From Pirellulales bacterium (GTDB lineage Bacteria; Planctomycetota; Planctomycetia; Pirellulales; PALSA-1355), in the NCBI GenBank assembly GCA_963733035.1, contig CAVTBU010000005.1:2464001-2528000 (forward strand): a DNA stretch of 64,000 bases. Reading direction: 5' to 3'. The number at the start of each line of letters is the position of its first letter. Position 1 is the stretch's first letter. The position numbers and the translations under genes were made by a program. Below, in pieces: positions 30,774-40,408 of this stretch. The notes beneath the pieces are model-generated. The model saw only the letters and a program-made list of their open reading frames with translations, did not search any database and was not told the DNA's origin.

Positions 30774-31988
30774 TCAGTCCACGGCGGTTTGTCGCCCGCT
30801 AGCGTGGAGGTAGATGACTGCCGCCAGCAGCGTCTGAAAGGGAGCCGTGATCAGGCCACCCAGTCCGCACGTGACGGTGGAAAGCAAGTTGCCAATTAGA
30901 ATCACAGGAAAGAGCAACAAGAAAACCGGCAGCAAGTTGTGCATCATAAGCTTTGCAGACAGGCCAAGCGCCGCCAGCACGCCCTCTTCTTTATCCACCA
31001 ATGCCAGGGGAGCCAGGCTGAGTAGGATCGCGACGAAAATCCCCGGCACGATGAGCAGGAACGTCCCCATGCCGACCGCAAGGAACATCAGCAGAAATAC
31101 ACCCACGCCCGGCCAGAGCAATGGCAGCGAATCAATCAGCATCGAAACTTCCGCTGGCTTGCCGCGCGCGAGTTGCAGCATGAACTTGCAATAACCCAGC
31201 GTGAGGTACGTAAGGACGAGAAGATTAACGGATACGAAAAACACGACCACTGAATTCGCCAAAGCGACGGATCCGATCTTCAGCGCGACGACCACCTGGG
31301 CAAACGCCAAGATGGCTCCAATCAAAAGGCCATGAGCCAGGCCGAAGCCAATCATGACGATGACCGTCGCTCCGATACAGGATCCAAGCTTCGCCTTAAA
31401 AATCGCCCACGTCGTCCGCATCGTTTCGCCATAGCGGATTCGCTGAACCTCCCCGTTCTTCCGTGTCGGACGTTCGCTGGCCCTTGGCGATTGGTATGGA
31501 TTCGATTCTAGCGGGCGAGCGGTGGCCGGAGCCGACTGCTCGAAGTCAAGCATCGCGGCGATGTCGTCGAGTGGGTTCTCCGCGCTCGGGTCGCTCGGCG
31601 TTTCATGCGGCACTACGCTTTCCAGCGGCGTAGCAACCGGTACGGCCACCACTGGCAGCGCCTGCGCGGGTTGCGTGTCGACCGGCGAGGCCGGCACCGC
31701 CGAGGCCGGCTTTGCGGTTGTCTGCGGCGTCACCGGCTGGGCCTTCGGCACGGCGGCCGGAGCGGCAGGTTGCGCCGGAGCAGGAGCGGCGGGGCGCGGT
31801 TTCGGTTGGGGCTTCGGCGCGGAGGGCGTGCTCGACGGTGGCGCCATTCCCGGCGGCCAGCGATCGGCGGCCAGATTCGGCACGGCTACGGTCCCGCCGC
31901 ATTGCCGGCACTTCGCCTTGCGACCGGCCATTTCCTCAGGCGCCCGTAGCGGGGCCTGACAAGCAGAACATTTGAACTGAATCGTCAC
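30774..31988 (-). CDS. Zinc-ribbon + Pro/Ala linker + multi-pass membrane protein
   Basis: IQFKCSAC...KAKCRQCG, NPYQSP, then transmembrane helices including TCGLG. Confidence 0.8.
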   Translation of the reverse strand: MTIQFKCSACQAPLRAPEEMAGRKAKCRQCGGTVAVPNLAADRWPPGMAPPSSTPSAPKPQPKPRPAAPAPAQPAAPAAVPKAQPVTPQTTAKPASAVPASPVDTQPAQALPVVAVPVATPLESVVPHETPSDPSAENPLDDIAAMLDFEQSAPATARPLESNPYQSPRASERPTRKNGEVQRIRYGETMRTTWAIFKAKLGSCIGATVIVMIGFGLAHGLLIGAILAFAQVVVALKIGSVALANSVVVFFVSVNLLVLTYLTLGYCKFMLQLARGKPAEVSMLIDSLPLLWPGVGVFLLMFLAVGMGTFLLIVPGIFVAILLSLAPLALVDKEEGVLAALGLSAKLMMHNLLPVFLLLFPVILIGNLLSTVTCGLGGLITAPFQTLLAAVIYLHASGRQTAVD

Positions 31989-32116
31989 TCGGAGCGTCCC
32001 CGGCCCGTGCCGACGCCAAATCTCAGCTGAGCGCCAGGGCCCAGAATAACCCGAGATGGGGGCAATTCCAAATCTTTCGAGGGATCAGCGCGGGGGCCCT
32101 CTCGGTTCGGCCGGGC

Positions 32117-33094
32117 CTAGCCGTGTGGTTGGACCCCGGGGCTGAACAGCGGTCGCTCGGCCGTGCTTGCCACCGGACGCCTCGCGGACGTTGGCTGGCC
32201 GCTGACACCCAGGTAGGTCACGGCATACAACAGCAGCACAAACGGCGAAAACAGGAAGACGCCCAATCCGCAAGTTGCCACAGTCAATGCCAGACCGGCG
32301 AAGAAAACGATCAGAGACATCAACAGCACGGTCGCCTTGTTGCCTTCCATCACGCGTGCCGAAAGTCGGAACGAATCCATCACATCGGAGCGTTGGTCGA
32401 TAAGCATGAACGGTGCCAGCCCGAAGTACATCAGAAACAATACGCCCGGCACAAACAGCAACATAAACCCTCCGATCATGCCCAGAATCAGCAAGGCCAG
32501 GATCGCCGTGGCCGGCACCAAAAGCGGCCCAATCGAAAAAAAGTCGGCCCAGTCGGCCCGCCCGTGCCGCGCAATGCCGAGGAAGAACTTCGCCATCCCG
32601 AACAGAAAATACGCGTCGATCGCCACGGCGCCCAAGCCGCCGAACAGCCCGCCCACGACGGCAACGGGCCAAGTCGTGTTGTCGGTGATCGCGCTGACCA
32701 GTCCGCCGAAAAGCACGTGTGCAATTTGCATGCAAATGTTTCCGATCAGCGCACCAAGAATACATACCAGCAGGTTGCTCTTGAAGATGTTCCACGTCTG
32801 TTCCAGCACATCCGTTAGGACCACGCGCGTTGGATGAAAACCAACGGCAGACGATCCGAAAGGCGACTCGAACGACGCGGCGGCAGCGGGCGATTGATAC
32901 GGGTTGGCCTGGCCATGATGACTCGCGGTGGCGGCAGGATCAAAATCGGCGTCGCGGGGCGGCACTTCGGCGATCGACGCGGCCGGAATCGCCATCATTG
33001 CCCCACACTGCGGGCACTTGGCCTGCTTGCCTTCGGTGCCAGGAGGCGTGCGAAGCAACTTGTTGCAGCGCGTACAGCGAAATTCGATCGTCAA
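32117..33094 (-). CDS. Zinc-ribbon + multi-pass membrane protein (paralog of neighbour)
   Basis: IEFRCTRC...QAKCPQCG, NPYQSP, transmembrane helices including TCGLG; GGAGG before the TTG start. Confidence 0.8.
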   Translation of the reverse strand: MTIEFRCTRCNKLLRTPPGTEGKQAKCPQCGAMMAIPAASIAEVPPRDADFDPAATASHHGQANPYQSPAAAASFESPFGSSAVGFHPTRVVLTDVLEQTWNIFKSNLLVCILGALIGNICMQIAHVLFGGLVSAITDNTTWPVAVVGGLFGGLGAVAIDAYFLFGMAKFFLGIARHGRADWADFFSIGPLLVPATAILALLILGMIGGFMLLFVPGVLFLMYFGLAPFMLIDQRSDVMDSFRLSARVMEGNKATVLLMSLIVFFAGLALTVATCGLGVFLFSPFVLLLYAVTYLGVSGQPTSARRPVASTAERPLFSPGVQPHG

Positions 33095-33299
33095 CGCGAT
33101 ACCCTCCATCGTGTCGCCTCCCCCCGCGGAGCAGGCCCGCTTACGGGGCCCGCCAGATTATATTCGCGGCCCGCGACGTCAAATTGGCAATCGCGACAAA
33201 GTTGGGCCAAGAATTGCGTGGGGCGGGCAAGTCGTTTCTAACGAGCCCCTGGAAATTCTGCAATCGCGGCATGCGCCGGCACGCCGCCGGCGGCAGAGG

Positions 33300-33908
33300 T
33301 CAGCTCTTGGGGCCCTGCCTAGTGAGCGAGAGATTCCCCTCATACTCGCCGCGACGATTCGAGTAGCGGACGATGAAATCGCCGTTCTCGTCGAAGGGCC
33401 GCGCTCGGCCAAAGCGCGAAAGCGTGCCTTCCGATTCGCGGTGCATCCAGCCCAGCCACACCCGATCCGGCTGCAAGCCGAACAGCATCTTGGTGTCGGG
33501 ATCCTGTTGAAATCCCCCCAGAAAATGGCGCGCCAAAGGGGCCGTGTGAAGCGTGGCGGTCGTGAAGCAAAGCGCGATCCAAGCCACCCAAATCGCCATG
33601 ATGATTCCGCCGGCCTTTTCCAGCGGAACAGGAAAACGGACCTTCACCTTCGAGAAATAATCCGAAACGAACCGCAGGAAAACCATGGCAAAGCCGAAAA
33701 CCAGCCAGATGGCCACGAAGTCCCAAATGTAGGTGAACGATGGTTCGTTGTCGTCGAAGAAACTCGCCACCGGCTCGAAGTAGTTGGTGGCAATCAGCCC
33801 TGCCAGCAGCAGATTGACCAGCGTGATGGTATTGTTCCAGAGCCCTTGGGTCATGGCCGAGGCAAAGACTCCGACGAAAATCAGGACCAGCACGATGCCG
33901 ACAAACAT
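33300..33908 (-). CDS. CvpA family membrane protein
   Basis: GLW...ITLVNLLLAGLIATNYFEP, four hydrophobic helices, LEKAGG. Confidence 0.7.
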   Translation of the reverse strand: MFVGIVLVLIFVGVFASAMTQGLWNNTITLVNLLLAGLIATNYFEPVASFFDDNEPSFTYIWDFVAIWLVFGFAMVFLRFVSDYFSKVKVRFPVPLEKAGGIIMAIWVAWIALCFTTATLHTAPLARHFLGGFQQDPDTKMLFGLQPDRVWLGWMHRESEGTLSRFGRARPFDENGDFIVRYSNRRGEYEGNLSLTRQGPKS

Positions 33909-33923
33909 GGGAGCACCACTTTC

Positions 33924-35679
33924 CTATTGTTTGAGCACGCGGAGTAGTTCTTGGATCGACGTCACTCCCTTGGCCACCAGCAGCACCCCTTCGTCCTGCA
34001 GGCTCCGGTGTTTGAGTTTGCGGGCCATCAGCCGCAGGTTCTCCAGCTTGGGAGCGGTGGTCAATACCTTGCGAATGTGGTCGTCGACGACCAGCAGCTC
34101 GAAAATACCCGTGCGGCCCAGGTAGCCCACGCCGTTGCACTGATCGCACACCTCGTCCGGCTTTTTGGGATTGATCGGTTGCGTCGGAGTGCGGTAGAGG
34201 GCCTCGATGCGGCCGGCCGGCAGTCCCAATTGCTTGAGCACCTCCGGCGGCGGCGGATAGCCTTCCTTGCACTTCTCGCACAATTTGCGTACCAGGCGGA
34301 TGTTGAGCACGCCCGTCACGGCCGGCGCGAATTCGGCCGGCGGAATCTTAAGCATCATCAGCCGCAACAGCGCCTCGACGGCCTCTTTGGCACGCACGCT
34401 GGTAATCACCAGTCGGTTCTCGCCGGCCTGCTCGCAAAGGATATTGAGCGTGTCCAAATCCGCCACGTCGCGAACGATGATCACATCCGGGTAGGTGCGG
34501 ATCAGCTTGGGCAGAACCGCGGCAGGCGTTTCGCCGGCCGCGGATGAGTAATTCGTGGCATGAACGTTTTCAATGTCGTGATAAGGCTTGTCGGTGTCGA
34601 CGACTTCCACGAAGTTGCGGGTATAGCGGTCGACATTCGACAGCACTTGATCCATCGTGGTCGTCAGGCCGCCAGCCGGCATCGAAGAAAATACGAACAG
34701 GCCTGGCTCCGCCAGGATTTCCATCAGCCTCTCGCGCGTTTTTTCGCGGATGCCCAGGTCATCGAGGTCGAGCTTGGGCACTTTATCCGGCTCGAACTGC
34801 AGCAAAACGCGTTCGCCGGTCTGCGTTCCCTGGCTAGTGATCTTGGTGGTAAATTTCATCTTGCCGGCTTCCATGCCAAACTGACCACTCTGGCGCGAAC
34901 GGCGGTCTTGCACCTTGAGTGCGGCCAGCGTTTTGAACACCTCCAACACCGGATCGCCGACTTCCCGCTCCAGGGCCGATCGATCGTGCCAGACACCGTC
35001 GACCTGGTATCGAACACCCACCGACTGCGGCGTGTAATCGAGCATCACGTGCGTGGACCGCTGCTTGAGAGCGTCGTCCAGAAGTTCTCGCGAAGGCATG
35101 AAGCCGGCGTGCTGCCGGGCGGTTAGCAAGTTGACGTTGTCGTCGCGGTCGCTCGCGGCGCCGCGGGCCGTGTACTCGATTTGCGGTCCCAGCTCGCGCT
35201 CATCAAAGTCAGCCCCCTCGATCTTGATGCCGATCAGCCGTACCTTCAGGGCGAACCATCGCCGCAGGTGCCGGCCGGTAAACACTTTGTCGGACGAGGC
35301 GCGAACCTGCTTGTTGCGATACACCACGTACGACACCAGTGGCGCGACGTAGGAAATCAACAGCAGCGTGATGCCAACAAAGAAAACCTTAATGGCAAAA
35401 AACAGCAACAGCCCGAGGAAAAAGCTGAAGAACGCGATCGAGTTCCACAGCGCCCAGCGCAGCTTGACTTCCTGCGCGTCCTGGCTGATCCAATCCACGG
35501 TGCGGACCCAGTACAGGAACAAGATCCACACCGAGAGCAGCTTCCAGGGGTCGAGGTAGAACCCGCTGCCGCGCAAACGAGGTGGAGGGCCACACCGAAG
35601 TGTCCGCCGCCAATAGCGTTTGTGCGCCGCCGGCCCAGATGGCCGACGCGCCCGCCAACACCAAGATCGCGCGCAGCAT
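33924..35679 (-). CDS. GspE/PulE-like protein with N-terminal transmembrane helices and degenerate Walker motifs; apparent frameshift near 35575
   Basis: VRYQVDGVWH, RR.RQSG.F, GERVLL, RLVRKLCEKC...CDQCNGVGYLGRTGIFELL and GVTSIQELLRV. The ATG overlaps the pilT stop. Confidence 0.85.
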
Positions 35680-36830
35680 TACAGAATTCCGGGGGTCGAA
35701 ACGGCGATGCCCTTGAGGGCCATTTTCAGTGCTTCCGTATTCGGCGCCACTTCCATTGCGACCGCCCGGTCAACCAAATCGCGATTCACCAGATCCGTCA
35801 GGCTCATCGTAAAGTCTTGCATGCCGTCGCGTGCGGACATCCGAATCGCATCCGGCAGCTTGTCGTCCTTTTCCTCGAGAATCAGCTTCCGCACCGTCGG
35901 ACTGAAGGTCATGATCTCGACCGTCGGCACGCGGCTCACGCCCGGCTTGATCGACGGCAGAAGTTTTTGCGCCACGATGCCCCGCATGTTGAAGGCCAGC
36001 GCACTGCGTAGTGCCGGATGCATATCTGCCGGGAACAAGTCGAGAATACGGCCAACCGTGGTCGAGGCACTCGAGGCGTGAATCGTGCCGAACACCAAGT
36101 GGCCCGTTTCCGCCGCGTGAATGGCCGTCATGAACGTTTCGCGATCGCGCATTTCGCCCACCAGCATCACGTCGGGATCCTCGCGGACGGCGTGCTTCAT
36201 GCCGACTTCGAAGTCGATCACGTCGAGCCCGATTTCGCGCTGGTTGATCAGGCACTTGTCCTCGGTGTAGATGAATTCGATCGGATCTTCGAGCGTCAGG
36301 ATGTGTTTGCGGTAGTTCGCATTGATCCAGTTGAGCATCGAGGCGATCGTCGTCGTCTTGCCCGAACCCGTGACGCCGGCCAGCAGCACCATGCCCTGAT
36401 CGAACTTGCAAAGTTCGACCATCGTGGGAGGAAGGTACAGCCCCTCGAAGTCTGGAACCCAGTTGCTCACGCGGCGAGCAACCAGGCCCATGTGTCCCAT
36501 CTGTTTGAGCATATTGACGCGGAACCGCCACCGCACCCCGTCGACCTCCATGCTGTGGGCAAAGTCCGCGCCGCCGGTTTCGGCAAAGATCTTCTTCTGC
36601 CGCTCGTCGAGCATCGGCATCAACAGGCGTTCCATCTCCTCGTCGTCGATCGGACCGCGATTCAGCGGGCGCAGGCTCCCCTTGACGCGCACGTGGGGCG
36701 GGCAATCGACCTTCAGGTGCAAGTCGCTCCCCTCCAGCTTCACCAAGGCTGTGAACAGCTTGTCGACTTCGAGTTCTCGGCGGCGCACGGTCGGTTTCTT
36801 CTGGCGATTCGGATCTACGGTGGTAGCCAC
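35679..36830 (-). CDS. pilT: PilT/PilU family type IV pilus ATPase
   Basis: GSDLHL, RFRVN, GVTGSGKTTT, TLEDPIE, REDPDVMLVGEMRD and AAETGHLVFGTIH. Confidence 0.92.
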   Translation of the reverse strand: MATTVDPNRQKKPTVRRRELEVDKLFTALVKLEGSDLHLKVDCPPHVRVKGSLRPLNRGPIDDEEMERLLMPMLDERQKKIFAETGGADFAHSMEVDGVRWRFRVNMLKQMGHMGLVARRVSNWVPDFEGLYLPPTMVELCKFDQGMVLLAGVTGSGKTTTIASMLNWINANYRKHILTLEDPIEFIYTEDKCLINQREIGLDVIDFEVGMKHAVREDPDVMLVGEMRDRETFMTAIHAAETGHLVFGTIHASSASTTVGRILDLFPADMHPALRSALAFNMRGIVAQKLLPSIKPGVSRVPTVEIMTFSPTVRKLILEEKDDKLPDAIRMSARDGMQDFTMSLTDLVNRDLVDRAVAMEVAPNTEALKMALKGIAVSTPGIL

Positions 36831-36908
36831 TTCGGCCTCTCCTTTGCGTTTGTTCCTATGTCCTATCCTACTTGATCGGGGTGCCTCGTGTTGCCGTCGG
36901 CGGGGCGA

Positions 36909-37682
36909 TTATTTAGCCTCGCGCACGGGAACTCCCCGCTCTCGCATCACTTGCTTGGTCTGGGCGATCGAAAATTCGCCGTAATGGAAGATGCTGGCCG
37001 CCAGGGCCGCGTCGGCCTTGCCCAGCATAATCGCGTCGGCCAAATGCTCCGGACGACCCGCTCCACCGCTGGCCACAACCGGAATCGTCACCGCGTCGCT
37101 CACCGCCCGGGTCATCTCCAAATCGTAGCCGTTTTTCGTCCCATCGGCGTCCATGCTGGTCAACACGATCTCGCCGGCCCCCAGGCTCTCGACCTCCTTG
37201 GCCCAGGCCACGGCCTCGCGCCCGGTCGGCTTGCGGCCGCCGTGCGTGTGGACTTCCCACACCTCGCGGCCCTCTTTCGTGACGCGCTTGGGATCGATGT
37301 TCACCACGATGCACTGGCTGCCGAAGCGCCGGGCTGCCTGGCGGACAAACTCGGGATTCTCCGGCGCGGCCGTGTTGATCGAAACCTTGTCGCAACCGGC
37401 CAACAGCAGGTCGCGAATGTCTTCCAGCGTGCGAATGCCTCCGCCCACGCAGAGCGGCATGAAGACCATCTCGGCCGTGCGACGGACCACGTCGAGCATG
37501 ATCTCCCGTTCTTCGTGGCTGGCGGTGATGTCCAAAAAGACCAGTTCGTCGGCGCCCTCCTGCTCGTAGCGCGCGGCCACATCTACCGGGTCGCCGGCGT
37601 CGCGCAGGTTGACGAAATTCGTACCTTTGACGACCCGGCCTCGATGAACGTCAAGACATGGAATCACGCGCTTGGCAAGCAT
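36909..37682 (-). CDS. hisF: Imidazole glycerol phosphate synthase cyclase subunit
   Basis: [41 protein letters not shown] and ALAASIFH. Confidence 0.98.
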   Translation of the reverse strand: MLAKRVIPCLDVHRGRVVKGTNFVNLRDAGDPVDVAARYEQEGADELVFLDITASHEEREIMLDVVRRTAEMVFMPLCVGGGIRTLEDIRDLLLAGCDKVSINTAAPENPEFVRQAARRFGSQCIVVNIDPKRVTKEGREVWEVHTHGGRKPTGREAVAWAKEVESLGAGEIVLTSMDADGTKNGYDLEMTRAVSDAVTIPVVASGGAGRPEHLADAIMLGKADAALAASIFHYGEFSIAQTKQVMRERGVPVREAK

Positions 37683-37990
37683 GTGAGAAGTCGACTAGGA
37701 GGGTCATAACCTGTTCCATGGACTCCCTCTAGCAGCACCGTCCCGACGCCGTAAAGGGACTTTCCAGATATCACTTTAAGATCAGCGACCCAGGGGGTCA
37801 ACGGGCCGGAAGGCGCGGACGGGCTGCGCCGCCTCGGCTGCACCTTCGACCACCTATTGAGGGTTTTGCGGTACCTTGATCTTGCGGGTACCTGGACGGG
37901 TTTCTAGACTCCCCCCGCGCAGGAGGCAAAAGATGCTCCGACTGGCGCCTACAAATCCTGTTCGTTTTGCCAATTCCGGAGGCCTGGATC

Positions 37991-38479
37991 ATGGGAAGAT
38001 GCGCATCTTGTCGCAAGTTAATTGTGCTGGGTGGCAAAAAGCAGGGCAATTTGCGGTTCTGTAGCGACGACTGCCACCAACAAGGGTTTCTGATTCCGCT
38101 GGCTCAGCAAGGCGCACCTGAGACCGTGGCCGAGCAGGTCCAGGCCGTTCATCAGCAGGCTTGTCCGATGTGCGGTGGTCCTGGTCCGGTTGATATCTAC
38201 ACGTCGCATTCTGTCGTTTCGATCCTCATCGTGACCTCGTGGAAAAGCACGCCCCAGCTATCGTGCGTATCCTGCGGAACAACTGCGATCTGGAAGGGCA
38301 TTGCCGTCTCGGCGTTTCTGGGCTGGTGGGGCTTTCCCTTCGGCCTGATCATCACGCCCCTGCAATTGCTCAAGGGCGCAAGAGCGCTCAGCAACCGCCC
38401 GGAGCCCGGCCAACCTTCGGTAGCACTTCAAGACGTCGTCCGATCACACATCGGAAGTTCCCTAGCCAGAGCCGCCTAA
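37991..38479 (+). CDS. Cys-rich hypothetical membrane protein
   Basis: GGAGG RBS; four CxxC-like pairs (CASC, FCSDDC, CPMC, CVSC) and LGWWGFPFGLI. Confidence 0.75.
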   Translation: MGRCASCRKLIVLGGKKQGNLRFCSDDCHQQGFLIPLAQQGAPETVAEQVQAVHQQACPMCGGPGPVDIYTSHSVVSILIVTSWKSTPQLSCVSCGTTAIWKGIAVSAFLGWWGFPFGLIITPLQLLKGARALSNRPEPGQPSVALQDVVRSHIGSSLARAA

Positions 38480-38493
38480 CGCGTCCTGCACCA

Positions 38494-38514
38494 AAAAGGT
38501 GCCAGGAACCTTTT
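38494..38514. repeat. REP-like palindrome, family A copy 1
   Basis: AAAAGGT-GCCAGGA-ACCTTTT; overlaps the TAA stop of the thioredoxin gene. Confidence 0.88.
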
Positions 38515-39583
38515 ACTTGTCCAGCAGCTCGGCGAGCTTTTGTCCCAGCCTCTTGCCGCGGCAATGGACCGCAGCGACTTTGCCGTCCTTGCCAATCAGG
38601 ATAAACGCGGGAATGCCTCGAATGCCGTATGCGGCCGCCATCGACGTGCGATTGAAAGGATGACGATCAGCCAGGACAGTCCAGGGTGGGTTCTCCTGGA
38701 CGACAAATTTCCGCAGCTCGCCAAGGTCTTTGTCGATGCTGATGGCGATCACTTCAAATCCGGCGTCGTGGTACTGCTGCCAGTTCGCCAGAATATTGGG
38801 CATCTCTGCGCGACACGGTCCACACCAGGTCGCCCAAAAGTCAATCAGCACCACTTTCCCTTTGAACCGCGATATATCCAGCGGCGTGCCATCGAGCATG
38901 CAGCCCTCGATCCGTAGCGGCTGGCCGACCAGCGATAACAGCGGATCGACCTCGTTTGAGGACCCAGGTTCCGACTCAAAGTCCAGGGTGCGCTCTTCAT
39001 TGCCCAGCATCATGCTGATGGCGAACACCCGCCATTGATCGCCCTCGAAGCGGAGATGCAGTGTGGTCTCGTGTCGCGCACCGTCAGAACGGACCTGGAC
39101 GGGCACCTCGGCTTGCGTCTCGGAGATCTTGGCGCGACCCACTCGAATCGAGCGGATACTTGCATCGGGAGTAGCAAGCTTGACCAGAGGGGAGTCTTCG
39201 TTCTTGGCGATGGCTTGGGCCGCATCCGTCAACAGGGCTCGCGCCAGCTCGCGTTCCTTCGTACGCAGGTCGCCGTAGAATTGCTCAGCGACATCGCGGA
39301 CGACCTTGCTTGCGGAGTCCACGTCGGGTTTCTTTTCATCGGCCAGCTGCTTTTTGACAAACGCCCGATCTGCAGCGCATAGCCGCTTGAGGGGAATCGT
39401 GATTTCCTTCCCATCGGCGAGTCGTAACTGAACGTCGACCGCGGTCGCGGAAATCAGTTCCGCCTCCGTCGTGTGCTTGCCGGTTGAATCGGTCCAGTTG
39501 CGGATTTCGCCCGCGGCCTGTCCGCATAGGTTAAATAGGACAATCCCGAGGGCGACTGTTGACGAGCAAATTCTGGTGTACAT
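38513..39583 (-). CDS. Exported TlpA-family thioredoxin with N-terminal SHD1 domain
   Basis: Signal peptide, RNWTDSTGKHTTEAEL...IPLKRLCAADR (SHD1) and KGKVVLIDFWATWCGPCRAE. Confidence 0.9.
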   Translation of the reverse strand: MYTRICSSTVALGIVLFNLCGQAAGEIRNWTDSTGKHTTEAELISATAVDVQLRLADGKEITIPLKRLCAADRAFVKKQLADEKKPDVDSASKVVRDVAEQFYGDLRTKERELARALLTDAAQAIAKNEDSPLVKLATPDASIRSIRVGRAKISETQAEVPVQVRSDGARHETTLHLRFEGDQWRVFAISMMLGNEERTLDFESEPGSSNEVDPLLSLVGQPLRIEGCMLDGTPLDISRFKGKVVLIDFWATWCGPCRAEMPNILANWQQYHDAGFEVIAISIDKDLGELRKFVVQENPPWTVLADRHPFNRTSMAAAYGIRGIPAFILIGKDGKVAAVHCRGKRLGQKLAELLDK

Positions 39584-39663
39584 TGCCGCGCTCCGACGAC
39601 GACGAGCGAATAGCCGCACGTTCCAGGATGTCAGCATACTGTGGTCAAGACGCCGAGTCTCAA

Positions 39664-40371
39664 TTATTCGCGCCGGGTCGCGAAAATGGTGCCAGGAACC
39701 TTTTTGATTTTCTTGGGACGGCCACGCGGGCGGAGGGTGTTCTGGAGGCCAAGGGTGATTGCGGTGCATTCGCTCCAATGGGCGCTGCCCAACGGATTTC
39801 CTCGCCGAATACTTCGCCCGATTTGCGCGACTTCGGCCTCGGTTTGCGGTGTGTTTACGAGGTCAATCCAATCGCGCGGTCGGGGGATTGGCCACGTCGA
39901 GAGAAGTGCGTCGGCACCGGACTCGTTTAGCCTTCGATACATGCTGCCCCATCGCCACTTTTCGGCGCGATCCACCAAACCGGCCCGCAGCGCATTTCGC
40001 TCGACATAGCGTGTCACACGGTAGAAATGGTCGTCCTCCTCGACCGGGAAGGATTTGAATCGGCCCTGATAGAGATGTCCCGTTCCGCTCGACTGCCGGA
40101 ATGCATGCCAGCGCTGGGCGTGCGTCAAGCTAAGCCAACCCACGAACCGCGAAAGTTCGCCGTCTTCTCGCGGCCAAACCACGAGGTGCCAATGGTTGGG
40201 CATAAGACAATAGGCCAACAGCCGCGTATCCGTGCGCTCGACGGCAGCTTCCAATATCTTTTCAAATGCCCCATAGTCGCCGTCTTCAGCAAAGATCGGC
40301 ATGCGCGCATTGCCACGATTGAGCACATGGTAAACGTAGCCACCAACAGCAGCACGATGCGGTCGTCCCAT
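39664..40371 (-). mobile_element. REP-associated tyrosine (HUH/Y1) transposase, RAYT
   Basis: YHVLNRGN, AYCLMPNHWHL (HUH), GHLYQGRFKSFPV, RYVERNALRAGLV...WRWGS and C-terminal LRPRGRPKK. Flanked by inverted palindromes. Confidence 0.92.
39683..39704. repeat. REP-like palindrome, family A copy 2 (inside the RAYT 3' end)
   Basis: AAAATGGTGCCAGGAACCTTTT, same orientation as copy 1. Confidence 0.88.
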
Positions 40372-40379
40372 GCCCGACC

Positions 40380-40408
40380 AGAATAGTCCCAACGGGTGGT
40401 TCGGTCAA
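40380..40408 (-). promoter_or_regulatory. Sigma70-like promoter of the RAYT gene
   Basis: Minus strand TTGACC-N17-TATTCT, with ATG 8 nt after the -10. Confidence 0.65.

Noticed and set aside
39664..40371. Classic IS200/IS605 insertion sequence
   Set aside because: No tnpB; the protein is longer than typical TnpA, has the N..RAGLV/W.WGS RAYT-type motifs and is flanked by inverted copies of one palindrome.
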